NCBI GenBank assembly: GCA_963665815.1
Contig: OY762463.1
Coordinates: 3,104,001 to 3,168,000 of the forward strand
Direction: 5' to 3'
DNA length: 64,000 nt
Source: Candidatus Cloacimonadales bacterium
Lineage (GTDB): Bacteria > Cloacimonadota > Cloacimonadia > Cloacimonadales > JAIOQZ01
Below the pieces are notes generated by a model. That model made no database searches, was not told the DNA's origin, and saw only the letters and a program-made list of their open reading frames with translations. Of the stretch, positions 8,402 through 18,300 are shown piece after piece. Position numbers and translations under genes: made by a program. Within the stretch, counting starts at the first letter, position 1. Each line of letters starts with the position of its first letter.

Positions 8402-11400
8402 CTACTTAAGCAATGTCATCTTAGATGTTTTCTTATAATTTCCGCATTTCATCACAACAAAATAGATTCCGCTTGATACGGATTTATTCCGTTTATCTTT
8501 TCCTGCCCAGACAACCTTATGGTATCCGGCTTGTTGGGCTTCGTCTATAAGTGTAACAACTCTCTGACCTTTCAGATTGTACACTGTAATATTTACATGA
8601 GAGTTATCATTTTCTTTTGATACTGAATAGTTAAGTGTTGTCTCAGGATTAAATGGATTAGGATAGTTTCCTGAAAATTCTGTAATCTTAGGAAGCATTT
8701 CATTGTCATTAATTCCAACAATTTCCACATCTACTGTATCACTACCAATCGACTCATATATTCCATAAAGAGCGGTTACATAGTATTGACTTGTTCCAAG
8801 CTGAGGATCAAGGTCGTTAAAGACTCTTACTCCTAACGGAACTTCTCCAATACTCTGATTATCTTTATAAATTCTATAGCCGGAATGGAATGGTTCTATA
8901 CTGCATTCATCCGGAAAATCAGGAAGTTCCCAGAATAAGGTAACGGCACTTTGCAGAATCTCATACTCAAGCCCTGCCGGAGGTACGAAATAACGTGGTC
9001 TGATACAGATAAATATTGGACCGGCAGCAGGTGATTCGACTTCTGGGGTAACATTAGAATATTTCGCAGTAAGCCAGAACATATGTGTTCCGGTCGGCAA
9101 TTCATCAATTATCAACTGTAAAGAATCAGGATCATTGATTTCACCAACCATATTAGTATTTGAATCCATATAGATTCTGTATCCACTCAGTACCTGTCCA
9201 TCAGGAATGAATGAAGGTTGCAGCCATGTCAGATCAGCACCAAAAATGCTGTAATTAGATGCAGTAAAATATTCAGGAGGATAATATCCATTGAAATCAA
9301 TTTCAGAAGAAATTATTTCAGAATGAGGAGATTCACCGCCATCGTATACTGCAGTTACAAAGAACTCGTAGATTCCGTTTTGAAGCATGCTGTCAAGATA
9401 ATATGTATCTGTAACAAGAGCTTGATTTATCTGAATGCTGTCACGGTAAATGTTATATCCCTGTAGTTCTCTATCTGTTATTCTCACATCAGGTTGATCA
9501 GGCATTCCAACTACAGCTCTCATTATAAAGTTACCATCAGTTTGTACTGACCAGTTCTCATCCTGCACTTTTGAGTAAGACATGTTTGCCGGTTGATCTG
9601 TATCTTTAGCGACTGTGAATGAGTTACCTGTATTCCATTGAACGACAACATAGAAATCTTCATCAACAATTGTGTTAACACCATCTTGAGGATAAGCAGA
9701 TATCCATTGACCTGAATATGAATTTGAATTAGCGTATATCGTATCTGTAAAAATCGGATTCAGCAAATCAGGATTACCACTGCCATCATCAGGGCATACG
9801 GATGCCATAATCTGTTCCTGACTATTAAGTCTGATCCTTGCAAATATTTTTGCACTTCTCACATCTACTGAAATGTTATTAGCAAATTTAACTGCATAAT
9901 ACTCATTCCCTGAAGCCATTCCCGGCCATATCCAGATATTGGGTTCACCATCATCATGCCTGTATTCACTGAGAACCGGGTCTCGTGGTTCAGACCAGGA
10001 TAAAAATACATTATTATATCTCTGTACATTTGCAATAAGATCAACCGGAGGTATTATCTGATCTGTAACAGGTGCAAGCATGAAATTTGCCTGAGTTACA
10101 GCATTATCTACGATTGTTACAAACCTACTGTCAGAATAATAGTTTTCTGCAGAACATGTTACCTGATAATGATTAGTATATATATGAACTGAGTATTGAC
10201 CAAGGGAATCTGTTGTTACTACAGAATCTCCTATTGCTATTTCTGCACCGGTAATTGGAAGAGTGGTTTGTATATCTGTTACTGTTCCATTCAAAGTACC
10301 TGCAGGAATGTGAATACTCAGAGGTATTATGTAATTTATTATCTGATCGTCAGCAATAGTTATCGTTGTATCACTCACAAACGGATCATACCCGATTTTA
10401 CTGCAATTTACAATATGTTCACCTGGAGGAACTGATAAACTGTAAAGTCCATTTTGACCGGAAACTGTCTGTACTCCGTCTATTGTCACTGTTGCACCTA
10501 TAATTCTATTATTGCTGCTTGAGTTATAAACATATCCGGAAACAATTCCTGCAGGAGGTATCATATTCATGGTGAATGAGAAATTCTGAACCGTTCTTGC
10601 AACAACTTGAACAAGTTCAGGATGAGTGTAATCGAAATAATCTTCTACAACGGCTGTTAATTGATACTCTCCATGAGATGCATCAAGAGTATAAAAGCCG
10701 GTTGTATCTGTAACAGCACTACTTCCATTTAATGTTACTGTCACATTGCTGATTGGCAAGCCGGTATCAGCATCTGTCACATAACCCTGCAAGGTTCCAA
10801 TTCTGTCAGTGTTAACAGTAACCGGAAGAATATCAGAAGGTTGACTTGTTCCTTCCTCATAAACAGCTACTACATAATAGTTGTATGCTCCTGTAGTTAA
10901 TCCCTGATCAAAATATCTTGGAAGGGTAACAGCTTCAGTGTTAATCTGTGAACCATCCCGATAAATATTGTATGTAAGCAGATCTCTTCCAGTTAACAAC
11001 CCTTGGGCATTATCAATAGTGTGAACAATAGGATATCTGGTAATTGAAGGATTAAACACAGTAAAAGAAGATCTTTGTTCAAACAAAGAATTTTGTCTTG
11101 TTACAACAGGCGGTACATCAGTTTCATAACTTCCAATCAGTTCAAAACAGAAATCTTTTTCTGCATTTGTTGACAATGGTGGTTCGAGAGCCAGCCAGTC
11201 TGTTCCTAAGGCATACTGCCCACCCGGATTTCTCCATAGCCCCGGTGTCTGGTTATACAGATAAGGAGTAACAACAGCAAATGCCTGAGCTCCGGTTGCA
11301 TTCCAGTCAACAATAGCCTGATATGAAACCCAGTATGTTCCTGAACCCAGATATGTATTGATTGGGAAATCAACCGTGTATGTGTTATTTACTGCTGAGG

Positions 11401-13576
11401 CAGGAGCGGAAGTAAATGAAATTACCTGTTGATCCGGCATTCCTGCGGAATCTGAATAAACTTTCACTAAAAATGAAATTGGCTGATCATACTGAATAGT
11501 CCCCCATGACATCAGCATTTTAATTGATTCGACATGAGCAGAATCCTGAAGAACAAAGTCTGCAGCAGCTACTGAATTGTATCCGGTGTTTCCATTCACA
11601 TAATCCTGAGCATTATGTGCTTCAGTTTCACCTTCATTAAAAATCTGGCTCCATAATGTCCCAGCCGGTTGCCAATGAAGCTGAATATTTTCAAAATCAT
11701 CTATATAATACAATCCTTCAGGTACACCGGGAACACCATTAAATACACTCAATGCAAGTGAAACATCAGTGGTATCCCCACCTGTAACTTCCATAAAATC
11801 GGAAGACATGGCAATATATCCGTCAAGAGCAGCTCTTACCTGAATAAAACCTTCAGGAATATCTTCTATATAGTAGTATCCTGTTGAATCAGTTAACTCA
11901 GTTATATCCCCCACGGATACAACAGCATCCTGCAATGGGAGCATTGTCTCTTCCGATGTAATATAACCTTGAATATAACCGGTTGTATAAGGATCAACAT
12001 TAATTTCTATTCTATAATCACCGTCTTCTCCAACTGCACCATCAACCACAATATAATATTGCCCCGGATCAATCTGAAGATTCATAATTCCTGAGTATAA
12101 CCCAAAATAGTCATCATTATATACCAGATAACTTACATTATCAATAGGCAGATCGACACTGTATATTCCAAGCTTAGTATCAAATGATGAGCCATCAAGA
12201 GAGATATCTATCAGAGTAGGAGCATTGATAAAGATGCTATATACAACATCTTTATAATCTGCTCCCGGTAAATCGTAATTATTGGACATAGAAGAAGTCG
12301 ATCCACTGTCTGCCCAGACTGTGCCCGGAGTAAAGTCTACAACAATTGGATTATAAGCAAAATCCCCTACTAAATGTGTTTTCTCAATTCCAAGATAGAA
12401 ATCACCATTAGCGTTCTCACCATCAATAACTACATAGTATGTACCGGGATCAAGAACAAGATTTCTGAAGCCGGATGAAGTTGTACTGAAATCATTATTA
12501 TGATACAAATAATTATCTGATTGAAATTGAGTAACATTATCATCATATATTGTTATATGAGGATGAAAATTGTCGGATGCTGCGATAATATTGTAATTTC
12601 TCTGTTCTGTAGGGCTCATAACGAATACTACATCTTTTGAGTCTAATCCGGGAGTATCGTAAATATTGTTGAAGTTATCTATACTTATATTAGTTGTAAA
12701 AACCGAATCCTGAATGAAAGCAATACTTAATGGATTCATAACTTCATCACCCTGATATGACACGTACTGCATCTGTAGCTCGAATATACCGGAATTATCT
12801 ACTCCACTGTCGACAACAAGATAGTATCGACCTTCTGTTAAAGGATAATTCTGTATTGCAACACCCTGATCTCCTTCTATCAAAAAGTTTGTAGAATCAG
12901 GATTATCCATACCTGCAGCATCATACAGATAATAGCCAACATCAAAACTAACTTGATTTATTGCGGCAGAAAATAGATAGTTACCTGTAAGATCAAAAGA
13001 ATATACTACATCCTTACCATCAGTACCGGTAAAATTGTAATCGTCCACAAACTGTTGTATAGATTGATTAGTAAAATACTGATGATTATTATCAAAAATA
13101 ACATTATATGGATTTGCATAGGATTCTCCCTGCAAAGGCATATAATCAATCTGTATATGAAAGTTACCCTCAGACGGTCCACTTGCATCAAGTACAATAT
13201 AATAATCATTAGCAGAACTTAATGCCAGATTTCTGAAGGCTGCCTGAAGCCCATAGAAATCATCATTGTAATACAACTGATTATTAGGTGCAGGTACAAT
13301 ATTTGCATTATAGATTGCCAATTTAGTGTCATAGTCCGACCCTTCAGTAGAGATATTTATACTAACATTGTATGGGATCGAAAGAAAATACACTAAATCC
13401 TTACCATCTGCCCCGGGAACATCATAATCGTTATTATATGTAACATTTGAACCGGAATCACTGTACACATAAGTATGAGGGAAATCAATTATAATTGGAT
13501 CAGCTATTGTATCTCCAACAGCTGAAAGAAATGCATACATCAAAATGATTACTGCAATTAACAGATACTTCTTCAT
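8402..13576 (-). CDS. Large secreted multidomain surface protein: 4 PPC-like repeats, carboxypeptidase-regulatory-like and FnIII domains, T9SS type-A CTD
   Basis: Signal peptide; four DxKD[VL]V[YF]...YY[ILV]V[VLI]D repeats; several GTLxGxVTD...PIxxAxVxI...TDxxGxY domains; YNIYRD FnIII domains; NYPNPFNP...SKMTLLK. Confidence 0.85.
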   Translation of the reverse strand: MKKYLLIAVIILMYAFLSAVGDTIADPIIIDFPHTYVYSDSGSNVTYNNDYDVPGADGKDLVYFLSIPYNVSINISTEGSDYDTKLAIYNANIVPAPNNQLYYNDDFYGLQAAFRNLALSSANDYYIVLDASGPSEGNFHIQIDYMPLQGESYANPYNVIFDNNHQYFTNQSIQQFVDDYNFTGTDGKDVVYSFDLTGNYLFSAAINQVSFDVGYYLYDAAGMDNPDSTNFLIEGDQGVAIQNYPLTEGRYYLVVDSGVDNSGIFELQMQYVSYQGDEVMNPLSIAFIQDSVFTTNISIDNFNNIYDTPGLDSKDVVFVMSPTEQRNYNIIAASDNFHPHITIYDDNVTQFQSDNYLYHNNDFSTTSSGFRNLVLDPGTYYVVIDGENANGDFYLGIEKTHLVGDFAYNPIVVDFTPGTVWADSGSTSSMSNNYDLPGADYKDVVYSIFINAPTLIDISLDGSSFDTKLGIYSVDLPIDNVSYLVYNDDYFGLYSGIMNLQIDPGQYYIVVDGAVGEDGDYRIEINVDPYTTGYIQGYITSEETMLPLQDAVVSVGDITELTDSTGYYYIEDIPEGFIQVRAALDGYIAMSSDFMEVTGGDTTDVSLALSVFNGVPGVPEGLYYIDDFENIQLHWQPAGTLWSQIFNEGETEAHNAQDYVNGNTGYNSVAAADFVLQDSAHVESIKMLMSWGTIQYDQPISFLVKVYSDSAGMPDQQVISFTSAPASAVNNTYTVDFPINTYLGSGTYWVSYQAIVDWNATGAQAFAVVTPYLYNQTPGLWRNPGGQYALGTDWLALEPPLSTNAEKDFCFELIGSYETDVPPVVTRQNSLFEQRSSFTVFNPSITRYPIVHTIDNAQGLLTGRDLLTYNIYRDGSQINTEAVTLPRYFDQGLTTGAYNYYVVAVYEEGTSQPSDILPVTVNTDRIGTLQGYVTDADTGLPISNVTVTLNGSSAVTDTTGFYTLDASHGEYQLTAVVEDYFDYTHPELVQVVARTVQNFSFTMNMIPPAGIVSGYVYNSSSNNRIIGATVTIDGVQTVSGQNGLYSLSVPPGEHIVNCSKIGYDPFVSDTTITIADDQIINYIIPLSIHIPAGTLNGTVTDIQTTLPITGAEIAIGDSVVTTDSLGQYSVHIYTNHYQVTCSAENYYSDSRFVTIVDNAVTQANFMLAPVTDQIIPPVDLIANVQRYNNVFLSWSEPRDPVLSEYRHDDGEPNIWIWPGMASGNEYYAVKFANNISVDVRSAKIFARIRLNSQEQIMASVCPDDGSGNPDLLNPIFTDTIYANSNSYSGQWISAYPQDGVNTIVDEDFYVVVQWNTGNSFTVAKDTDQPANMSYSKVQDENWSVQTDGNFIMRAVVGMPDQPDVRITDRELQGYNIYRDSIQINQALVTDTYYLDSMLQNGIYEFFVTAVYDGGESPHSEIISSEIDFNGYYPPEYFTASNYSIFGADLTWLQPSFIPDGQVLSGYRIYMDSNTNMVGEINDPDSLQLIIDELPTGTHMFWLTAKYSNVTPEVESPAAGPIFICIRPRYFVPPAGLEYEILQSAVTLFWELPDFPDECSIEPFHSGYRIYKDNQSIGEVPLGVRVFNDLDPQLGTSQYYVTALYGIYESIGSDTVDVEIVGINDNEMLPKITEFSGNYPNPFNPETTLNYSVSKENDNSHVNITVYNLKGQRVVTLIDEAQQAGYHKVVWAGKDKRNKSVSSGIYFVVMKCGNYKKTSKMTLLK

Positions 13577-13724
13577 TTTTATCCTCCAAAGACAAAATTC
13601 ATTTTACGCACAAGATAGAAATATTTAAATTATATAACTATAAAATATTACTTATTTCTTCAATGTCAAAAAATAAAGAATATTTGTTTCAGGCAAATAT
13701 TAAATTACGAATTATTATTCCTAA

Positions 13725-15497
13725 TTATCTCCTTTTCAAGTATCTGTCTATACCCAGTGCAGCTCTGTGACCGTCGGCAATCGCAGAAATTGCGTCAGCA
13801 GTGTTGTTTACAGTATCACCTCCGGCAAAAACAATCTCATCATTGGTCTGCATCATATCATTTGTTCTTACTTTATTTCTTCTTGTAATAATTTTATCAG
13901 CCAGTTCTTCTGACAGAAATGAGTGATCCGCAGACTGTCCGATTGCCTTAATTACTGTAGTGTATTTATCTTCATGAGTTTTCCCTTCAATAAGCACGGG
14001 TGATGGTCTTCTTCCACCTTCTTTCTGTACCATTTCAGCTTCACCCCAGATCAGAATACATCCATCAGTATTTTCCTTTATTTCCAGTGGAATTGCCTGA
14101 GGAACCATTCTGACTTTTTCGGCTTTTGCTTCATGGATTTCCTCTTCATCTGCCGGCATGTCTTCGATACGTCTTCTGTATAATACAGAGACAGAAGCTC
14201 CATAGCGTCTGGCAACACGGGCAGCATCCATGGCTACGTTACCTCCACCAATTACAGCTACATTATCTCCGATTTCCACAGTTATACCTTTATTAGTTTT
14301 ATCAAGAAATTCCAACCCGTTTATCACATTCGAATTTTCTTCACCCGGTATTTCCAGTTCATAGGGTTGATCAAGCCCGGTGGCCATAAATACAGCATCA
14401 TAACCTGATACCAGTTTACTGAACTCCTCAAAATTACTTATTCTCGTATTATATTCAACTTCTACTCCAAGTGACAATATGTGATCTATATCTTTCTTTA
14501 ATGCTTCAGGCGGAAGTCTATAATCCGGTACTCCATATTTCAGAGCTCCACCAAGTCCATCGTTACGTTCGAATATTTTCACGGAGTATCCCATACCTCT
14601 CAAATAGAATGCCGCACTTAACCCGGCAGGTCCACCACCGATTATGGCGATTTTCTTATCATTTTCAGGAAATTCCCGATTAAGCACTTCTTTCATCTGC
14701 TCAGAAGAAAACTGATCGATTATATATCTTTTCAACCATCGGATTGAGATTGGATCACCTCTATGGTTCAAAGCACAAACTTCTTCACACAAATGAGTAC
14801 AAATTCTACCGCATGCACCAGATAACGGATTTGTTTCATAAAGAATCTTCAGACCTTTCTCAATGTCTCCGTCTCTTATACACTCGATATAATCCGGGAT
14901 ACTCATGTGAGCAGGACAAGTTGAAATACAGATACCGCAGGAAATACATCTGTCAGCCTCCCTGACAGCCTTTTCCAGTGAATACCCTTTAACCATTTCA
15001 ATAAATGATTTAACAGAGTTCTCTGCATCAAGCATTTCCATTTCTTCACGTTTCAGATTAAGCAGTTCATACTGTTCAGCTCTTTTGTATCCCTTTTCAG
15101 AATTATCCCATGGTTTTTCTTCTGCCCCGGGAATAAATCGAAAAACTTCCGGATCCGTATCAACCCAGGTATACTCATTTGACATCGTAAGCGAGCCTGT
15201 AGGGCAGATATCAACACACAATGCACACCAGCAGCATCTTCCATAATCAATTCGAGGTCTTAATCCACTATCTCCTTTTTGAGTTTCCTGACCTTCTACA
15301 GGCACAAGATCAATTGCTGCATTCTGGCAGATTTCTTCACAGGTTCCGCAACCAATGCATTTATCCATATCATTTATATGAAATCCCCTGTATCTGTCCG
15401 CTCCGGGGCGTTCATCGAGAGGTTTATTTATAACAAAAGGTTTGGAAAATGCTCTTTTCCAGACATATAGTGGTGATAAAACATCTTTTATGCTCAT
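13725..15497 (-). CDS. MbxN/NuoI-like 2x[4Fe-4S] subunit fused to a GltD/NfnB-like FAD/NAD(P)H oxidoreductase
   Basis: CIGCGTCEEIC and CCWCALCVDIC, then CISCGICISTCP, CGRICTHLCEEVC, GGGPAG (FAD), GGGNVA and YRRR (NADPH-type). Confidence 0.88.
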   Translation of the reverse strand: MSIKDVLSPLYVWKRAFSKPFVINKPLDERPGADRYRGFHINDMDKCIGCGTCEEICQNAAIDLVPVEGQETQKGDSGLRPRIDYGRCCWCALCVDICPTGSLTMSNEYTWVDTDPEVFRFIPGAEEKPWDNSEKGYKRAEQYELLNLKREEMEMLDAENSVKSFIEMVKGYSLEKAVREADRCISCGICISTCPAHMSIPDYIECIRDGDIEKGLKILYETNPLSGACGRICTHLCEEVCALNHRGDPISIRWLKRYIIDQFSSEQMKEVLNREFPENDKKIAIIGGGPAGLSAAFYLRGMGYSVKIFERNDGLGGALKYGVPDYRLPPEALKKDIDHILSLGVEVEYNTRISNFEEFSKLVSGYDAVFMATGLDQPYELEIPGEENSNVINGLEFLDKTNKGITVEIGDNVAVIGGGNVAMDAARVARRYGASVSVLYRRRIEDMPADEEEIHEAKAEKVRMVPQAIPLEIKENTDGCILIWGEAEMVQKEGGRRPSPVLIEGKTHEDKYTTVIKAIGQSADHSFLSEELADKIITRRNKVRTNDMMQTNDEIVFAGGDTVNNTADAISAIADGHRAALGIDRYLKRR

Positions 15498-15521
15498 TTT
15501 TTCTCCATCTCAGTTAAATCA

Positions 15522-16658
15522 TTACCGTTCAATTTCCGGAGGGTACGTATGCAGGGATGTCATCAATCCCGCAATATCAGATATATTGACACCTTCTGCA
15601 AGATGCTCCATAAGACATACAGCATGAGTATAACTCGGTCCTCTTACATTTACTCTTCTTGGATATTCAGATCCGTCAGTTACAACATAGAATCCGTATT
15701 CACCTCTTGTACACTCTGCCTTTACGTAGGTTTCTCCGGCCGGAATCTTCCAGTGAAGAACATTAGGCAGTTCAGTATGAAAAGCTCCTTTTTCAGGGAT
15801 ATGACGAAGTATCTGCCTGATCAATGAAACAGACTGCTGCATTTCTCTATACCTGAGTAAAGCTCTATTAAATGCATCAGATTTATTATCTGTCTGAATA
15901 TCAAATTTCAGTTCTTTATACATAACAAAAGGAGTATCTTTTCTGACATCTCGCAGCATTCCGGCAGCTCTGGCATTAGGTCCTACAATTCCGTACTCAT
16001 CTATCATATCCTGAGTTATAAGCCCCAGATCAATTGCTCTATCTTTAAATACTGCATTCTGGAACATTACCTTGTGAATATCATCAAGCAATATTTCAAT
16101 CTTATCCATTGTATCAAGAACTCTTTGAGCAAAACCTTCCGGCATATCTCCTCGAACACCTCCCGGCAGCATATACATATGATAAACGCGACCGCCTGTC
16201 AATTCTTCAAAAAGATCCAGCATATAGTCTCTGTGAGCAACCGCCCACTGACCTACTGTTCCCTGACCGAATGCACCAGCCTGTCCTCCGATCCACATAA
16301 GAAAACTCGTAAGACGGGACATTTCAAGATTCAGTGTTCTCAGCCATAAAGCCTTTTCCGGTACTTTTATTCCTGCCAGATCTTCTATGGCAGCTGCAAA
16401 GCAATATTCGTTAAAATCTGGTTCAGGTACAGCAATTCGGCAAACCAGAGGAAAACACTGAATAAACTTACGTCTTTCCATAAGTTTTTCAAAACCTCTG
16501 TGCAGATAACCAACATGTGTTTTGCATTCGATAACTTCATCACCGCAAATAGTGAGTTCAAGAGACATGTTTCCGGTTATACCCGGATGGTTAGGTCCCT
16601 GCCATATTTTCAGATATTTATGAGAACTTAAATCCGTATATTTTTCTTTTTCAGACAT
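15522..16658 (-). CDS. mbxL: MbxL/NuoD-like large subunit without a NiFe site
   Basis: GPNHPG, GYLHRGFEK, RIAVPEPD, RGPSY, C-terminal SLHTYPPEIER. Confidence 0.88.
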   Translation of the reverse strand: MSEKEKYTDLSSHKYLKIWQGPNHPGITGNMSLELTICGDEVIECKTHVGYLHRGFEKLMERRKFIQCFPLVCRIAVPEPDFNEYCFAAAIEDLAGIKVPEKALWLRTLNLEMSRLTSFLMWIGGQAGAFGQGTVGQWAVAHRDYMLDLFEELTGGRVYHMYMLPGGVRGDMPEGFAQRVLDTMDKIEILLDDIHKVMFQNAVFKDRAIDLGLITQDMIDEYGIVGPNARAAGMLRDVRKDTPFVMYKELKFDIQTDNKSDAFNRALLRYREMQQSVSLIRQILRHIPEKGAFHTELPNVLHWKIPAGETYVKAECTRGEYGFYVVTDGSEYPRRVNVRGPSYTHAVCLMEHLAEGVNISDIAGLMTSLHTYPPEIER

Positions 16659-16660
16659 TT

Positions 16661-17131
16661 TTACTCCATGAGAGCTTTTGTAATAATTGATTTTTCATCT
16701 GCTGCAACTTTTCTGGTTACTTTGGAGATATCTCCACCAAATAATTGTCCCATCAGCTTAATATTCATGGAAGCTATATTGACTTTACCTTCTCTGTCTT
16801 GAAATACGGCAAGTCTGCAAGGCATTATTGCAGTAATGAACATATTTTTGTCTTTAGAAAGAATTTCATTTACGTTATCCGGTTTACATATTGAAAATGT
16901 TACAACTCTTACGTTAGTATTGTAACCAAAATTCCTCATACATTCATCAATCTCATAGATTCTCTGAATTTCCCATTCATGATCCAGAATCGAATTTTCG
17001 ATTTTTGAAACAGTCTGATCGAATGACAGTTTCGAAGGCACAACCTTAATCATGGCAGGAGGTCCGAACTTAAGCACAATTACAAGTGTAAGTATTATTC
17101 CAACAGCAAAGCCAATAAAAAATTTCTTCAT
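16661..17131 (-). CDS. DUF302 family protein with N-terminal membrane anchor
   Basis: SKLSFDQTV, SICKP and IMPCRLAVF motifs. Confidence 0.8.
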   Translation of the reverse strand: MKKFFIGFAVGIILTLVIVLKFGPPAMIKVVPSKLSFDQTVSKIENSILDHEWEIQRIYEIDECMRNFGYNTNVRVVTFSICKPDNVNEILSKDKNMFITAIMPCRLAVFQDREGKVNIASMNIKLMGQLFGGDISKVTRKVAADEKSIITKALME

Positions 17132-17671
17132 TTATTTATCCTCATTAAGTAAATCGTTTTTGTATAACTGATCTTTCATATATTCAGCCGGATCGTTTGT
17201 AGTTCTTCCCGGTCTTGGGAAATAAGTCTCTTCAGAGTATTTTTTTGTATCAAAATCTCTTCTGTATGGCGGTATACCGTCCCATCCTTCAAGAATAAAG
17301 GGATCGTCGAGTCCAGGGCTGCCAGGAAACTCAATACCAAACATCTCTTTCAACTCGCGCTGATATGTTTTTGCCTGTTTCCATAACTCATGTATGGACA
17401 CCATTTCAGGTTTATTGCGATCAATAAAAACTCTGATAGCAATATCATGGGCAGTCTTGTAGTTATGAACAATATATGTGAGTTGAAATTTCTCATGCTC
17501 CAGATGATCAACTGCAGTTATCAGTACAAGATGAGTATAATCAAGTTGAAACTTCAGTTCATAGAACAGCGACAGAAGGCTTTCTTCTTTTATTGTAATA
17601 AAGCTTACATACTCTTTATCAACTCTGTCTGAGCCACTATATTTTTTAAGTAATCCATCTAAAAAGTCCAT
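17132..17671 (-). CDS. mbxK: MbxK/NuoC-like subunit
   Basis: ITAVD, SIHELW..A..YQRELKEMFGIEFPG, PPYRRDF. Confidence 0.88.
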   Translation of the reverse strand: MDFLDGLLKKYSGSDRVDKEYVSFITIKEESLLSLFYELKFQLDYTHLVLITAVDHLEHEKFQLTYIVHNYKTAHDIAIRVFIDRNKPEMVSIHELWKQAKTYQRELKEMFGIEFPGSPGLDDPFILEGWDGIPPYRRDFDTKKYSEETYFPRPGRTTNDPAEYMKDQLYKNDLLNEDK

Positions 17672-17687
17672 TAAATCTCCTGCTATC

Positions 17688-18275
17688 CTACCAGCTATAG
17701 TCCGGCATGTCCCAATGTTTTATAATTTTCTTCTGATTCTCTTTATACCAGTCGAAGTTTTCAGCATAATGGTTTGCACCTTCAGCCTTTCCTTCTCGAA
17801 TCAGTTGTTTAAGCTTCTGAAATCCGGCAATAATTGATTCCGGTCTGGGCATACAGCCTGCGATGTAGACATCAACTGGAATATAATGATCAAGCCTGTT
17901 TATAGTATTATAGCTATCCCAATACATACCGCCGTTAATTGTACAGCTTCCCAGCCCTATTACAAATTTTGGATTCTGCATCTGCTCGTATGAACGGATA
18001 ATTCTTTTGAGGGTTTTTACAGAAGCATATCCTCCAATGATAAAGACAGAAGCTTGTCTTGGAGTTGGTCTTGCCGCAATACCATATCTGTACATGTCAT
18101 ATCTTGCTGTCATCAATGGTCGCAGTTCCACAGCACCGCACCCCGTACCAAAACCAAGAATCCATAATGAATTAGCTCTCGCCCAGTTCAGGAAGTTCTC
18201 AACATATTTGTTCAATGCTTTAACCGGTTTCGGTCTCTCCTGACAGAAAAGTTCGTTGTTCATATTATCATTCAT
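17688..18275 (-). CDS. mbxJ: MbxJ/NuoB-like Fe-S small subunit
   Basis: WARANSLW, GTGCGAVE, TPRQA, GSCTINGG, PVDVYIAGCMPRPE. Confidence 0.9.
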   Translation of the reverse strand: MNDNMNNELFCQERPKPVKALNKYVENFLNWARANSLWILGFGTGCGAVELRPLMTARYDMYRYGIAARPTPRQASVFIIGGYASVKTLKRIIRSYEQMQNPKFVIGLGSCTINGGMYWDSYNTINRLDHYIPVDVYIAGCMPRPESIIAGFQKLKQLIREGKAEGANHYAENFDWYKENQKKIIKHWDMPDYSW

Positions 18276-18300
18276 ATATCACCTGACAATTTTCTATTTG

